Assembly (NCBI RefSeq): GCF_036971445.1
Contig: NC_091470.1
Location: forward strand, 333,374,001 to 333,438,000
Direction of reading: 5' to 3'
Length of the DNA: 64,000 nucleotides
Origin: Narcine bancroftii
Taxonomy: Eukaryota
A program made the position numbers and the translations under genes. Shown here piece after piece: positions 1-13,324 of this stretch (positions within the stretch are counted from its first letter, which is position 1; the number at the start of each line of letters is the position of its first letter). Under the pieces are notes generated by a model. The model was not told the origin of the DNA. It saw only the letters and a list, made by a program, of their open reading frames with translations, and searched no databases.

Positions 1-1690
1 GGCAGTAGTCCTGGAGGCTGGTTATTGTTGCCCTCTTGAGTACCGGGATGATGGTGGCTGTTTTGAACCCTATTGAAATGATGAACTGCTACAGTGAGGT
101 GTTGAAGATGTCTGAGAAGACCTCCATCAATTGGTCTACACAGTCCTTTAGTACCTGACCAGGTATGTTGTCTGGTCCTGCAGTTTTGTGTGGGTTGATA
201 TTGGAAAGGGTTCTTCACACTTCATCTGTGGCTGTGCAGGGGGGCAGTTTATTAAAGGGATAAGGAGCTTTCTTGGACATCATCTTATTCTTCTCAGCAA
301 ACCATTCATGGAAGGGAGACATCATTGTCCTCAATTCACAAGGTTAACTTGTTGTCTGTAATATTCTTGATCCCTTTCCATGGGTGCCTCATGTCACTGG
401 TGTTGTACAGCTCTCTGTGGATCTAGTGTGCATAGCCACGGTTTGCCTTGCTGATCTTAGTGCCATTCTATAACCTGCCTTGAAGGCAGCATCATGAGCT
501 CTGAGAAGGACCCTGCATCCAACTATGCTTTCTGGTTAGCCCTGGGTGTGAAGCATTTGATCTTGGTGACATTGTCAGTGCACTTATACCCAGTTATTGA
601 GCTCGTGTGCTCCTCGATGTTTACATGACCATTGTAGGTGGCCGCGTCCCTGAAACAGCTCCAGTCCATGGTCTCAATGCAGTGCTGCTGGGCCCTTCTC
701 CCTATTAGCTGAAGGCAGCATATTGCCTGTGGTAATCAGTGTGGGGGAGAATTCACTGGGCAGATAGAAAGGTCTGCTATCTCTGTAACTCTATCTCTGC
801 TGAGCAGATACCTTGCTTAATATCTTGCCTCATGGGTCTTGTGTCACCAGTGTCGCAGTTGTCCACGGATATTCTGTGCATACCCCCGCTTTGCATTATA
901 GATGGCCTGGGAGAGTTCGGCCCTTCCTGTTCTCATTAGCTTCTTATGGCCTGACCCAAAAGCAGTGTCTCAAGCTCTGAGTAGTACACAGACCTCTGCA
1001 TCTAGCCATAGGTTTTGATTCACCCTGACTGTGTAGTGTTTGCTCACCATCACATCCTCTATACATGTACCTACGTAGCTGCTCACTGTAGGCGTTGACT
1101 CATTGATGTTGATGTGACCATTGTAGGTAGCTGCCTCCCTGAACCTCCTCCAGTCTGTGGATTCAAAGCAGTCCTGCAGCTCTGCTGTGGCTTCCCCCGG
1201 CCAAGTTCTGATCTCGCTGCAAACTTGGTTTGACTTTTCTCACCAATGGTCTATTTACAGGGATTAGCAGTATTGAAATGTGGTCTGAGTTTCCGAGGTG
1301 GGTGCGGGGTACAGCCATATACGCTCCAGGAAGGTGTGTACACACCCTATCTAAGGTGTTCTCTCCTCTGGTTGATCTCAGTGACATGCTGTTGGAACTT
1401 CGGCAGGACTTTTTTCAGGTTAGCGTAGTTGAAGTCACCAGCAATGATCATTCAGTTGCGTTGCTTCAGTTTCACAGATGGCTCTGTAAAGCTCTTTCAT
1501 TACTTCTCCCTCATAAACAGCTATGATCAGGGTGGCTATGAATTCCCTGGGTAAGAAGACGAGCCTGCACCTCTACTAATAAGTGGGCCTTTACTATGGA
1601 GACATGGATTACAACACTGCAGTCACAACTACCTGTATTTTACGCATGCTTGATAGCGTGATTTTTTTTAACAGAAAAATTTGGCCTGGG
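1..1690 (-). mobile_element. Degenerate non-LTR retrotransposon fragments (Rex1/Babar-like LINE; endonuclease to RT region, two partly overlapping copies)
   Basis: Minus-strand ORF 1163-1387 contains TLDRVCTHLPGAY...HLGNSDHISILLIP, an APE endonuclease C-terminal SDH motif. Similar sequence (tgaccattgtaggt..gc..c.tccctgaa) occurs at about 625-655 and 1115-1145. Boundaries are approximate. Confidence 0.6.
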
Positions 1691-2559
1691 ATGCACTGGC
1701 TGAAAGGTGGTGAATCGAGACGGTGCAAACAGTGGCTATGGAATCAGATAAACAGTGAAAGATATTCACTGAGCTACTGGGATTGGGATATAGAAAACCC
1801 ACAGAAAAGAGGCCATTTGGCCCCTCCAGTCCATGCTGAAACATCATTCCTCTAGCTACACCCAAGAGCAAGAGGTAGCTAGTTGGTGACTGTTAGGAGA
1901 TCAGTACACAGCACCCCTTGTGGCTGCTTCCCTCAACAGCAAATATACTGTTTTGGATCCTGACATAGCGTATTGACAAGCCGACATGAAATGGTTTTGA
2001 CCAGAGACAAGGGACAGGAACACAGCCACTTTTTACATCTGATAGGGAAAGCAGCAGAGGGACAGGTTCATGTAGTTTATGAGAAGGTATGGAACTTCAT
2101 TTCTTTGAGGCAGAAGAGATTCTATTGATTTGCTGAATGGTTTTGAAAGAGCAAGTTAGAAGAAACTGTTTCCAATTACAGGGAGATTTCAGTAAAAGCA
2201 CAAAGAATTGTTTTTTTTTAACTACAATCACAGCGCCTGCAATCTCTTGTGCTTCACTCCAAAGGGCAGATGGTGGGTGAAAAGTTTCTGCTTGATTGTC
2301 AAGAAACAAGCAAGGTCCAAACTGAGAAATACAAGAAGTAATAGATGAAGAAAGAGATGCGAGAGGGACTAAGCAGGCAGGCTCATCATCCATGGTCAGG
2401 CAACATGCCCGGCCGGTCGCCTTTGTCAAGACTGCACTTGCTTTCATAAGGAAATGGTTTAAAGTAGATGGCACTGGCATTAATAACAGAGGATCTCGTC
2501 CCTTCACCGCTCTTTCACACGTTGCAAAGAACCTTCAGATCGAATGAAGAGGGGGCGCC

Positions 2560-2580
2560 GATTTCACTTTCACTTTCACC
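2560..2580 (-). promoter_or_regulatory. ISRE/IRF-binding element (triple GAAA)
   Basis: gatttcactttcactttcacc reads GGTGAAAGTGAAAGTGAAATC on the minus strand. It matches the GAAANNGAAA consensus and lies about 100 bp upstream of the ATG. Confidence 0.8.
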
Positions 2581-2679
2581 TTCCTCCAGTACAGAGAGGC
2601 GACGATCTCAGCCGGGAGGCTGGCGATTAGATCTGGGAAGGTGACCATTTCGTCTGGGAAGGCGAAAGAACGTGAAGCC

Positions 2680-2699
2680 ATGCTGGGGAGAGAGTGCAG
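2680..2699 (+). CDS. rbm43: RBM43-like gene, coding exon 1 (MLGREC+AG)
   Basis: gccATG start and donor GTGAGG. The phase-2 end joins in frame with the acceptor at 7903/7904 (AG+A = Arg). Confidence 0.6.
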
Positions 2700-3067
2700 G
2701 TGAGGTTCCCCCCCCCCCCCACCTCCACGTCCCTCCAACCCTTTGCCGGCCAATTCAAGCCAGTTGGAGGGACGGAGGAAAGAAAGTTGGATCAGATACC
2801 CCCCCCACCCACATACCCCCCCCACCCACCCCCAGTGATTTCAGCAATAAGAAGGGAAGTAAAAGTCGACCCCGGCGTCGTTTGGGGCGGGTTGAAATGT
2901 CACTGAGCTTTCCGCCAGGGCAGGGTGGGGTGAGATCAGGTGGCCACTCGTGTGGGACCCCCACCTCCCCGGCCGGAGATCTGGGCTAGGAAGGCAGGGG
3001 CGTCCGATCAAGGCAGAGAGTCGACGGTAAAGGGAAAGGGCTGCGCCGACCCCGTTGCAACAGGATT

Positions 3068-3086
3068 GAAAAAGTGAAAGTGAAAC
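3068..3086 (+). promoter_or_regulatory. ISRE/IRF-E element in intron 1
   Basis: gaaaaagtgaaagtgaaac is a near-perfect IRF-E/ISRE. A weaker third copy, gaaaagtgaaag, is at 3825-3836. Confidence 0.75.
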
Positions 3087-4869
3087 GCACCCGTCGGCAG
3101 TGGGAATAGTTATTGGGTCCCGTCAAAGAACTGGCCCGGGCGGAATGGGCTGGACAAGCGCCCCGGGGCTGGTGGACTGAAGAACCCTTGACTTGCAGGG
3201 GCTTGGGTGGGGGAATGAAGTTCCCATCAGATCGGCAATTGGCCCCAGAATCCCAACATGCACGGAATGTTTTCGCGGCATGAGAGTCCGTGGGCGTCAA
3301 TATTGACTTAGAGGCACACATGAAGAAAGGGTGTGCATGCCATCTATGAAGCCATTCAGCCAGTCATGTTGACTCAGTGACAAAGCTGCCAAATTGGAGC
3401 TCAACAGTGCAGCCAGTAATGGTGCAGAAATTCCTCGCAAATGCTAATAATTCCAGACAAAATTCCAGACATTTTCTCACATAAATGGCATCAAGTTCAG
3501 GTATATATTTAGTTCCTTGACTTTTTTTTCACTATACCCAATAGTGCCACACTCTTGCAAATGTTCACACTGAATCATTTATGAAATTTCACTTAAAGAA
3601 ATGTTTTCCAAGAACAAACCCCCACGTTTCATGAATTGGGGGATTGCTGGGCTTTGCAAGTGCATGGTAATCATCTAAAGCTTAAGCTTTCTGGCTGATG
3701 TTCAGTATTTTTCAGTCTCCGTTCCAACTTGAACCTGGTCGTGTGAGCCTTGTGGCACTTATGCCTGCTGCCATCAGGAAAGAGGTGTAGGTGTCGCAGA
3801 CCGCCAGGTTCAAGCAGGATATGTGAAAAGTGAAAGGGGGTTTCAGGTCTGAGAGCTACTCAACAGAAAAAAAGAAATGCAAAACCTGTAGAAGCTGGAA
3901 TCTTGAGCAAACAATGAGGTGATGGATTGAGGTGATGGGTTGAGGCAGTATCTATGGGTAGAAAGGGTCAGTTAACGTTTCCGTTTGGGTGGCTTTATGG
4001 TAGACTAGAAAGGCCCACCAGGCTTCTAGCCTTACATGCCTTGGCCCATTAATGGCAATATTTTCAAGTCAAAGGCAGGTCTGTAAGAAACACATCTTTA
4101 TCTAATTCAAAGTATTTTATTTAACATTTTAAAGACCCACATGGAAATCTACTCCGCACGACTGCTAGCTGATCTCCTGAGTCCCTCCAGCAGCTCATTG
4201 CAGTTTAATTGATGTAAATGTTTGTAAGTCTATTAGTTTTTAGGCTTTACTGATTTTTAAAAAGTTTTGAGTATTTTAATAGTGTTAATGATTTGTGTAT
4301 TTTAATAGTTTTTGCAACTTTCTGCATGTCAGACCTTGCATATTCGATCTGTGGCAATGGTGGGGTGTGGGTGGCTGAGACATGCAGGAGGGTTTTATAT
4401 CCAGCAAAGCCTGTGGTGTGGTGCCCCATAATAGGATTAGGCAACAGTTGATCCAGTTGCTGTTCAGGGTCTTGCTTCTTGTATTGTTGGCCTTAGAATA
4501 TCTGCATGAAGCATCTGGGTATCTACTCATCAACTTCTGAGGTCACACCTCAACTGACGGCTATGACTTTTGTGATATCCAATGCAATGGTAATGAGATT
4601 ACCAGAAGGACAGAGGGAAAGGTTTACCTATGTTCTTAAAGCCTCCTTGAAAAATAGACATCTTTGCCACTGACTCCTGGGACTCACAGCTGTTACTTCA
4701 ACTGCCTAAGTGGAATTATGATAGGACAATAAATTAATTTCTGCAGATTGTGCAATAGTCTTGACTTGGAATTTTATCTAAATAATAAAAGAATCTGTGC
4801 GAAGTGGCTTTTCTTGAATTTAAGAGATTACAGCAATGGTTTTCCAGTGACTGATCAAGTTGCTTTCCC

Positions 4870-5655
4870 CCTGACAACAAAAAAAGCAAAGTTCTGTAGG
4901 AGCTCAGTGAGTGACATAGTATCTGTGCCAACAAGCCTATGGTTGACGTTCCAGGTTAAGACCCAGCATTGGGATTGAGAGTGTAGAGTGAAGAGGTGAG
5001 AGAAGTGAGGTGGGGCAAGAGTTGGTAGGGAATGGTGGAAGCAGGCGAGATGAGGGACAATGAACAGGAGCCAGATGGGGAGGGGGTACTGGCAGTACTG
5101 AGAGACAGAGGCTGGTAGAAGGTGCAGACGGAGCCAAGTGAGAGAAGAGGACAGGAAAGGTAGAGGAAGAAGCTGGAAGGTGATTTGTGCAATTTGATAA
5201 GGGGGGGGGGGAATAATGGGTAGATGAATCCAGATGGGGAGGGTATAGGAAGGGTAGGCAAAGGAAGTAGAAACCCAGGCGTGTGTGATGTGAGCAATTG
5301 GCGGAGATAAGAAATCAAAGTAATAGGAGGGAAATGGAATAGGTGAACAAAAGGAGAAATAACTGAGCACAAGGAGTGCAGATTCCAGAAAACTGGAAAA
5401 CACCTTGGTTGCATCATTGGGTTCCAAATGGAATATGAGGTGTCCTTGTAAATTGCCCTTGGCCTCACTGTGGCAGTGGAAATGACCAAAGACAGACAGG
5501 ATCGTGTGGGAATGGGAGGGAAGTTGAAGTGACATGTAACCAGAAGTACAGGACTGCCATGGTGGACCAAAAATGGTCACTTGGTCTACACTGGGTCTTC
5601 CCATGTACAAGAAGCCACATCATGAGAAATGAATGCAGTAGTTGAGGTTGAATGA
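4870..5655 (-). mobile_element. Penelope-like element 3' fragment (GIY-YIG endonuclease remnant)
   Basis: The minus strand near 5590-5650 encodes a degenerate YCI...CGFLYMGR (consensus IYCIxCxxCGxLYIGET), followed by the typical pyrimidine-rich tail. Confidence 0.6.
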
Positions 5656-5751
5656 TCGTTGTGCTTTAGACGCTATAAGGTAAATATCCACAGCCATAGA
5701 AACTGTACTTCCACTTTGATTGAAGCCTGTGTTTTTCATTCCTTCACTCCT

Positions 5752-5837
5752 AAGGCCTAAACAAACAAGACTTCATTTCCCCTTTCTTTTCCTGTTTGGA
5801 AAAGGCCTAAACAAACAAGACTTCATTTCCCCTTTCT
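5752..5837. repeat. 36-bp direct duplication, period 50
   Basis: aaggcctaaacaaacaagacttcatttcccctttct occurs at 5752-5787 and 5802-5837. Confidence 0.9.
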
Positions 5838-7903
5838 GTGTATTCTCTTTGATGCAATGTTTCAGGTTGCAAAGTAATAACTTGAATTGTATTTTGGGTG
5901 ATTGTACACAACTTCATGTCACGGTCAGTGGGAGTAGACTTTAGGCCAGAAAGATTTTGAGTGTGAAGGAGTTTGAGAAAATCACACAATTACAAAATTT
6001 CATGTTTATTCTTGGTAATTAAAAAGATTCCCAGCACCAGTTCTCTGCTGTCAAAAAAAAGCTGATCCCATGTCCTGCAGAAATATGGATTCCCAGGAAC
6101 TTGAAGACTTGAACCCCTTCAACTTCACCCCATCAACGTGGACAAGTGTGTGGACCCTTGTCTCCTTCCAAATTATCAGTAAGCTTATTGTTGTTGGTGA
6201 CATTGCAAACAAGATTGTTGTTCTGGCACCATCCATACTTTCCACATTCTGACACATTTCAAGTTATTTAGCCAACAATGGCGGTGTTGTCAGCGGATTT
6301 GTAGATTGAAGTACTGCTAAATGGGATATGTAGATGGGTACTTGACAGTCAGCAGGAATCTGACAATTGGGGCCTGTTTCCATGCTATATCATTCCATGA
6401 CCAAATAATTACTAGCAGCTTTACTCAACTTTTCTTTGTATAAAACTCAAGTCATTTTGCCCACATTTCATAGAACACAGGAGGTCAGATAGGTGTCTGA
6501 CTCCGTGTGTGTGTGTCTCTGTTTCTTACCCTCTCTCCCCCTTTCTCTCTCTCTGTTTCTCTCTTTCTCCGTCTCTTTCAATTTTTGATTTTGTCACTGT
6601 TTGCGTAACTTGTACATCCGCTGAATCTTAGTTCTCTCAGCGCACAGATATACATTCAATCAATTTCTGGTATTGTGGAGCACAGTCCTCTGTTAGTGTG
6701 CATGTGAGGAAATTTAATGATTGTCCCTGATAAAGTAGGCACAAATAAACTCTCTTCTTGTACCAACACTGATAGTTCAAGTGGAGCCTTTTGGAATCTG
6801 GGTCCAGAAACACATCATGGGGTGCATCATAAACTTCAGAAAGGATGAACAACCTTCTGAACTATCCACCCACTAATTCCATTACATACTTTGTGCCCCA
6901 CATTAACCTCATTGGTAATTTCAGAACCCGTAGAATTGAGGTGAAAGCAGGTTAATTCCTAATCTTAAGGGATTGGCTGTGAAGAACAAGAATGATGACA
7001 AGTGGTACCTCCTCTAAGAGGATTCAGCCAGGCTTTAAACTATGTCAACCAGCCTCATTTGATAGGCAATAATTATGGGTAGCTTTGCCAGAGAAATGGA
7101 GACATTATGATAAGCAGGCATAATAAATTCTTGCATTGCATCCGCCAGTCTGAATTGACACGGGACAATTGGATCCCATGATCCTTTTCAGCCCTGTCCT
7201 TTGCATTTAGAACTGTGCAAATCTAACAGTGACCCCTGTGCCAAGGACCGCTATCATTTTTTTTCCAGCTACTTTATGAAAATCTGACAGAAATGCTCCT
7301 TTTACACTCCTGCCTGTCTGGATTTGACTCCAGATTCAACTATGAATATTTGCAATCGTTGTCTTCCAAAATGTAGGATTCCTTCAGAAGTTGAACATCT
7401 GGCATCAGAAAGATGTTTTCACATCTCCTTCCCAAGGAGAAAGCAGACGTTAACCAGTTTTTGAGAATAAGAATGTTTTTCCCAGTAAAGTTTTTAAGGA
7501 CCTTTGCATTGAGTTGAGACCACCAGCTGCAATGAGATCTTGGGTCCTGGCTGAAGTTTGAGCAAATGATCAACTCCAGAGTATTCCTGAAAGGCATAAT
7601 CATGTGTCAAATTATATAGAGCTAAATTAATAATTTGGGAATGGAAAGTTGGTTTCAGGGAAAATATTGTTGAATGTTTTCAAAGACTTTTTTTTGAGTC
7701 ATTTGTGGAAAAGGATGAAGCAATGACACCTAGTGGCTAAAGTTTTAAGCTACTCTGTGCTCTGCAAGTGGCAGGACCTTCCAATTTCAAATATTCAGGT
7801 AGGTATAATCTCCTCTTGCCTGCTTTATTTGAGTTTTATTGTGACAGAAGGAGAGAATTCTGAATAAAAATCAATTTAATAAATAAAATGTTATTTTTCA
7901 CAG

Positions 7904-8106
7904 ATCCCAGCAATCAGAAGTGAAGTCTCAACATCCGAAGAAAATTCAGGTGCAAAATATTCCCAAGCTCAAATCTGTGCAGCAGACATTGGATAAACTG
8001 ACCATTCATTTCCAGACACAAAGCAATGGAGGAGGTGAAGTGCAGATGGTGGAATATCCAACTTGTGTTAAAGACTGTGCATTCATCACCTTTGTGACAG
8101 AGAAAG
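7904..8106 (+). CDS. rbm43: RBM43-like gene, exon 2 (RRM/NID-like domain of the RBM43/NMI/IFI35/PARP14 type)
   Basis: Acceptor ttatttttcacag. Translation KKIQVQNIP...LDKLTIHFQTQSNGGGEVQMVEYPTCVKDCAFITFVTEK matches the HFQ..NxGG(D/E)V..V.YP...AY/F.F motif recalled for RBM43. Donor GTACAT, phase 1. Confidence 0.8.
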
Positions 8107-8679
8107 GTACATGAGCTGATATCTGAATTGAAGGACTCTTTTATCGTTTTGCTTTGTTAGCACTTAGCATTTTAAAGATCTTTGAAATTCATGACCCAAG
8201 ACCACATACTATTTAAGTATCCGCAACTTGATGGCTCAATGTGGTGACACTGCTGTAAGGTGCTTCAAGGGTGCTGGAAGTGGGACAGGATCGGGTAGGG
8301 ATGATCATAACAGGAATGAATATACTGGGAGAGTGGGTTATTATCAATGATTAACAAGAAGAGCAGAGCTGAGACAGAACTGAACTGAAATGTGCAGAGG
8401 ACCAGAGCTGGGAGACCAAGTGGTAGGATCCGAGAAAGAGTGTGATTTTATGACGGATACAAGAACAAAGTAGTTTCCATATGCATATTTTGACTTTGGT
8501 CTTAATAGGTGGACTCTGAACAATGCTGGCTCAGAAAAATTTAAACTTAAAATCTTACCCTAAGTCCTGCAGACTTTCTGCAAGCAGAAAACTCTTACGC
8601 AATTGGGTATGTTCATTACTGAGATAATGCTATCCAGAAGTCCCTAGAATCTGTTTCTGTAATATTTTCTTTCTTACAG

Positions 8680-8789
8680 ATGCAAATAATGTCCTCAAAC
8701 ATGAACAAATACTGAAATTAGATAAAAAGAAATACAAACTGGAAGTATGCAGGGCTGGAGAAGGAGAGAGCACTACTGATGATGTACAG
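8680..8789 (+). CDS. rbm43: RBM43-like gene, exon 3
   Basis: Acceptor ttttctttcttacag. Phase-1 join gives DANNVLKHEQILKLDKKKYKLEVCRAGEGESTTDDVQ, completing the RRM-like fold. Donor GTATAC, phase 0. Confidence 0.75.
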
Positions 8790-8799
8790 GTATACATTT

Positions 8800-11700
8800 T
8801 GTGAGAAATACAAGCTTCCACTTTATTAGACCCAGAGAGAAATAACAGACACCAGTGTTTTCCCAAATTCAAAGAAGGAACCCTTTTATTTACAATTAGA
8901 GAACTATTTATAGTATTTACAATGCCCTTGGTCCTGAGGAAACTATTGCGAGCCCTTTCCCACACGTGACTAGATTAGTTGATTGATGGCTCAAGTCCTA
9001 AGAACTAGTAACACCCACTCCTGGTGACGGTGAGGTTGCTCTGTTTAAGGCGTCCTAGCACCCTCCCCCTTTGAGCTGGATACTCATATGAGTGGAGTCT
9101 GGGATCAACTTGGAAGGCTTCATTGGTCTCTGAACTCATTGAGACTTCCTTATGGGTTCCAGTGCTGTAGAGGGTATAGGCTTGTTTCCGTGTGATGGGT
9201 GTGATTGGTGGTTCAGTGGCTTCTGAAGTACAAATGTGTCCAACAGGGCCTCCAGGCTGAGTTGCACAGGTGTAATTTCAGCAAGTTTGCATTCAGTTGG
9301 TCGCAACTGGTTGGCATTTCTGGTCCATCGCTCTGGTCCAACTTGTATGTAGTAGAGAACATCTCCAATTTTTCTTAGGATTCTCCCAAACTGCTGTACA
9401 TCTGACTTATCTCTATTTCCACACCAACACACATCGACCATCATGAAATGTGCTTTCTTTGGATCCATGCCAGCAATTGTTCTGTTGTTCCATCTCATAA
9501 TCTCTCGGTCCAGATTCTGATCTTTGTGGAAATAAGACATCATATTGGTGTTCGTACTTTTCCTACTAAAGAACTTTTCAGCAGGCGAAGTGGCAACTGG
9601 AGTTCATGGGCTTGGAGTGATCCTGTAATTTAACAAGAATGTCTGCAGGATCTCCATTCGACCCTCCCCCTTGGCCTTGTTCAAAACTCGTTTGAACGAG
9701 TCCACAAAATGTTCTGCTTGATCATTGGACTGATGATGATGTGGAGGTGAATGAATATGCCTGATATCGTATTTCTTGCAAAAAAAAAATCAAAGCTGGC
9801 TGCAGTGAATTGTGTCCCATTGTCTGAAACTAATGTTACAGGAGAAACAATGTGATTGAATATGGACGAGTTCCATGATAGTAGCTGATGCATTTGGTTG
9901 GGCTACTTTGATGATCTCAGGCCATTTGGAGAATGCGTCCACTACGATTAGATAGTACTCGCCATTAATTGGTCCTACATAGTCAATATTAAGACGATTC
10001 CATGGCTTGCTTGGTTGAGACCAGGAGTGTAGATTAACAGAATTTTGCAATCAAGGCACATCGGACTGTGTCAATTGTTCAATTTGGTCATCCATCAGAG
10101 GCCAATAAATATAGCTTTGTGCAAGTGCTTTCTTTTGATTCATTCCAGGATATCAACTGTGAAACTGTTTGCGGATTGTAGATTGCAGAGTTTTGGACAT
10201 CAAAATCTTCCTTCAAACAAATTAGTGATTCCCAATGATTCTCATCCTTTGAAGAATGGCTGGATTCTCATTCGTGGGCAAGTTTTTAGTTGCTCTGAAT
10301 TGCTTATCTGACTCTGCTGTGACCAGCAGTGAATTAATACCATCTTCGAATACCTGGTTGACCTCTGCCTCTACAGAGAAAGTTCTGTGACAAAAGTATC
10401 TTGCGGCTCTGTTTCCTGCTCACTATCGAATTGTGACAATGCCTCAGCTTGCCCGATACTTGTGGTTGGAAGGTATTAAATTTTGAAGTCATAACCAAAT
10501 AGCACAGTTGCCCATCTTTGCAGATGGTTTGCTGTGTAAATCGGAATTCCTTTCTTTGAACCAAACACTGCTAGGAGTGGCTTATGATCTACAAGGAGAG
10601 TGAATTGCCATCCCAAAACCATTTTATGGAATTTCTTCACCGCAAAAATAACTGCTAGAGGTTCCTTTTCAATTTGTCCATAGCTTTGCTGTTGTTAGAG
10701 AGTGTGCTGCATGTGCTATGACCTTTTGATTCCCAACTGGGAATATGTGAAAAATGACTGCACCCACTCCAGGCTGTGATGCATCTGAAACTTCGACAAG
10801 TTTTGATCGTAATGCTTCAAAAGAAGGTTTGAGTTTAGATCGACTTAACTTGATTGAACTACTCTTGACATTTTGATGTCCATTTCCATTTGCCTTCCAT
10901 GGTAAGGAGCTTGTTGAGTGGATCTTGGAGTTTATGCATCTCCGGCAGAAATGAACTGTAGTGACTGATAAGACTCAGGAATGAACATAGCGTGGTCACA
11001 TCTGCGGGTGCAGGCATGTGCAGGATAACGTCAGTGTTTTGTGGATCTGGCTGTCGTCCATGTTCGTTAATGACAAAACCAAGATATTTCAATGAATTCA
11101 TGAAAAATGTGCAGTTTCTGGACACACTCGAAAACCGTAATCTTTGATGCGGGCAGAACATAATCAAGTCAATCAAACAATTCTTGAGCATGTGCTCCCA
11201 TTCCCAGATGTCATCTAGGTACACTGCAATTCCTGGAACATCATTCAGCATTGTGGCCATGATCTGTTGAAAGATAGCTGGAGCAGTCTTCACTCCAAAT
11301 GATAGACAGGTGTATCTGAACAGTCCATGGTATGTGTGAAGGTTAACAATTCCTTGGATTCATCATCAACCTCCACCTGTAGATAAGCCTCTGCTAAGTT
11401 GATCTTCTCAAAACTTAGCGAAGAGGCCATCAGGCAATGGCAGTGGGTATTGATGAGTTTCCAAAGCTGCATTCAGACCAGTTAAGACATATGGAGCCAT
11501 TCGATATTTTTTTTTCACCACCACGATAGGTTCAGCCCATGATGAGTAGCTGACTTGTTCAATTAGTCCTTCATGTTGCAGCCGTTCAAATTCTTGCTCC
11601 ACCTCTTGAAGAGCTGCATATGGGATAGATCATTTTGGCTTGAAAGTTGGTTTCACGTTTGGCAGAAGACAGAGTTTCACCTTTGTTTTAGTGCACCATC

Positions 11701-13290
11701 CGGGTCCTTTGAAAAATACTGTTGCATGGTGTGGCTTTAGGTGTCCCCGCAACTTTTATGGGGTATGTGCCACTTGCAACTTGTGGCAAATATTGTTGAG
11801 TGGTTGGTCCAGTAGGTTCAACCTTTCAATTCATTCAAGACCCATGAAATCGAGGTTAGAACATTTTACCAGTTAACATGTTCTATTTTCTTCTATGCTG
11901 TTTAAGCTGACGGAACAGTCAACTGAACTTAACATCTCCAGGATCCATCCCGGAAGTGTTCCATGCCATGCTTTCATCGGAGTCACCTCTGGCTGACCAA
12001 TCAGTTCCACACTTTCTTTGATATTAGAGTAATGTCAGACCCTGTATTAATTTGAAGCCTCACTGGGATGCCGCTAATGTGCACTTTCACATATTTCTTG
12101 CATTTGGCCTTAGCCACCTTGAAAGTCATTGTGATAGGTTTCATTTTTGAAGGTGAAGCGAACTTATCAGGTGTTTTCCGTCTTCCAGCACTACAGCATT
12201 ATGCTTTATGCCTCTGGCACTTAACATTTACTGCAGCGTTAACATCTGTACAGGCAGTCACGAGGGTAGTGCCACTCATTGCATTTCCAACAGATGCTGG
12301 GTGGTTTGGCTGATTGGGCCACACTTTTGTTTTGTCCAGCAGGGTCTGTTGATGACTGTCTGGGCACAACCATTTGAAGATGGGGTGTCGTGTTTTAGAT
12401 TAATTAAGCGTTGACGTTCGGCTGTTAATCTTTGAAGAGTCAAATCTAACTCCTGCTCAATCTTCGCTAGCAAACATGTTCTGAGGTTGGCATCTTGGTA
12501 TGACTGCATTCCCACTACACAGACTAGACACTTAAACTGGTCTTCAGTCAGTGTAGGGAGTTTAAAACGCTCACTTAATTATTTTGAGGCACTGATACTG
12601 TATGTTGAACAGTGATGTTTGCTCACTGAATATCTCTGCCAACATGTTAAATGTTTCCCTGAAGCTGAGGTCGTGGGGAAATTTTGGCAGAATGAAGTTT
12701 GTGTAGCGCTTGAGTGCCTAACTTCTGAAACAACAGCCTAATTGAACTTGGCAAAGTCGACTATAAATGAGTCTTCATACTTTTTGAACCATGTTTCAAA
12801 TGTGCTTGACTCTGGGACAAATGAGATAGAGTGATAGAGCTCATTAAAGCATCTGTCCAATTTGAATTAACTTCAGGCTCACCTTCTACAATGGCTGGAG
12901 TCCCAACGCACATTTAATCTGCCAGCTAGTCAATTAGCCTTACTTGTTTTTCTGCTGCTGCTAAAGAACTGCCTGCAGATGTTCCATTGTGACTGACCTT
13001 GTCACCTCATAGCCAAAATGTTGTAAATATGCTGAATGTGTGTGCTGTGCACAGGTTGTGTGGAATACAAGCTTCCACCTTGTTAGACCCAGAGAGAAAT
13101 GACAGACACCAGTGTTTCCCAAATCCAAAGAATGAATCCTTTTATTTACAATGCATTTGGTCCCAAGGGAACTCTTGCGAGCCCTCTCACAAACATGTGA
13201 CTGGATTAGTTGATGATAGCTCAGATCCCAAGAACTGTTAACGTCACCTCCTGGTGATGGTGCAGTCACTCTGACCAACCATGTCAATCT
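8800..13290 (-). mobile_element. Gypsy LTR retrotransposon 1 (degenerate, both LTRs), antisense in intron 3 of the RBM43-like gene
   Basis: Diverged direct LTRs at about 8800-9060 and 13020-13290. Polypurine tract at 9061-9072. RT (TAPAIFQQIM...VYLDDI), integrase (PWNRLNIDYVGP...VVDAFSKWPE, VSDNGTQF) and gag remnants. PBS-like TGGCTATGAG near 13006-13015 (minus). Many frameshifts. Confidence 0.9.
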
Positions 13291-13324
13291 AAGCTAAATA
13301 TCAATAAGGTGAACAGCCATAGTC

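Larger units (their letters stand above)
2400..3320 (+). promoter_or_regulatory. GC/CpG-rich promoter and first-exon region of the RBM43-like gene
   Basis: Sharp local CpG enrichment against a CpG-poor background. Contains ISRE motifs, an ATG in gaagccATG context (2680) and a donor cag|GTGAGG (2700). Confidence 0.7.

Noticed and set aside
2097-3321. Overlapping ORFs in the GC-rich island
   Set aside because: No recognisable domain, and explained by the high GC of the promoter.
4855-5610. Long ORFs of 251 and 204 aa
   Set aside because: Low-complexity pyrimidine-rich Penelope tail that lacks stop codons by composition.
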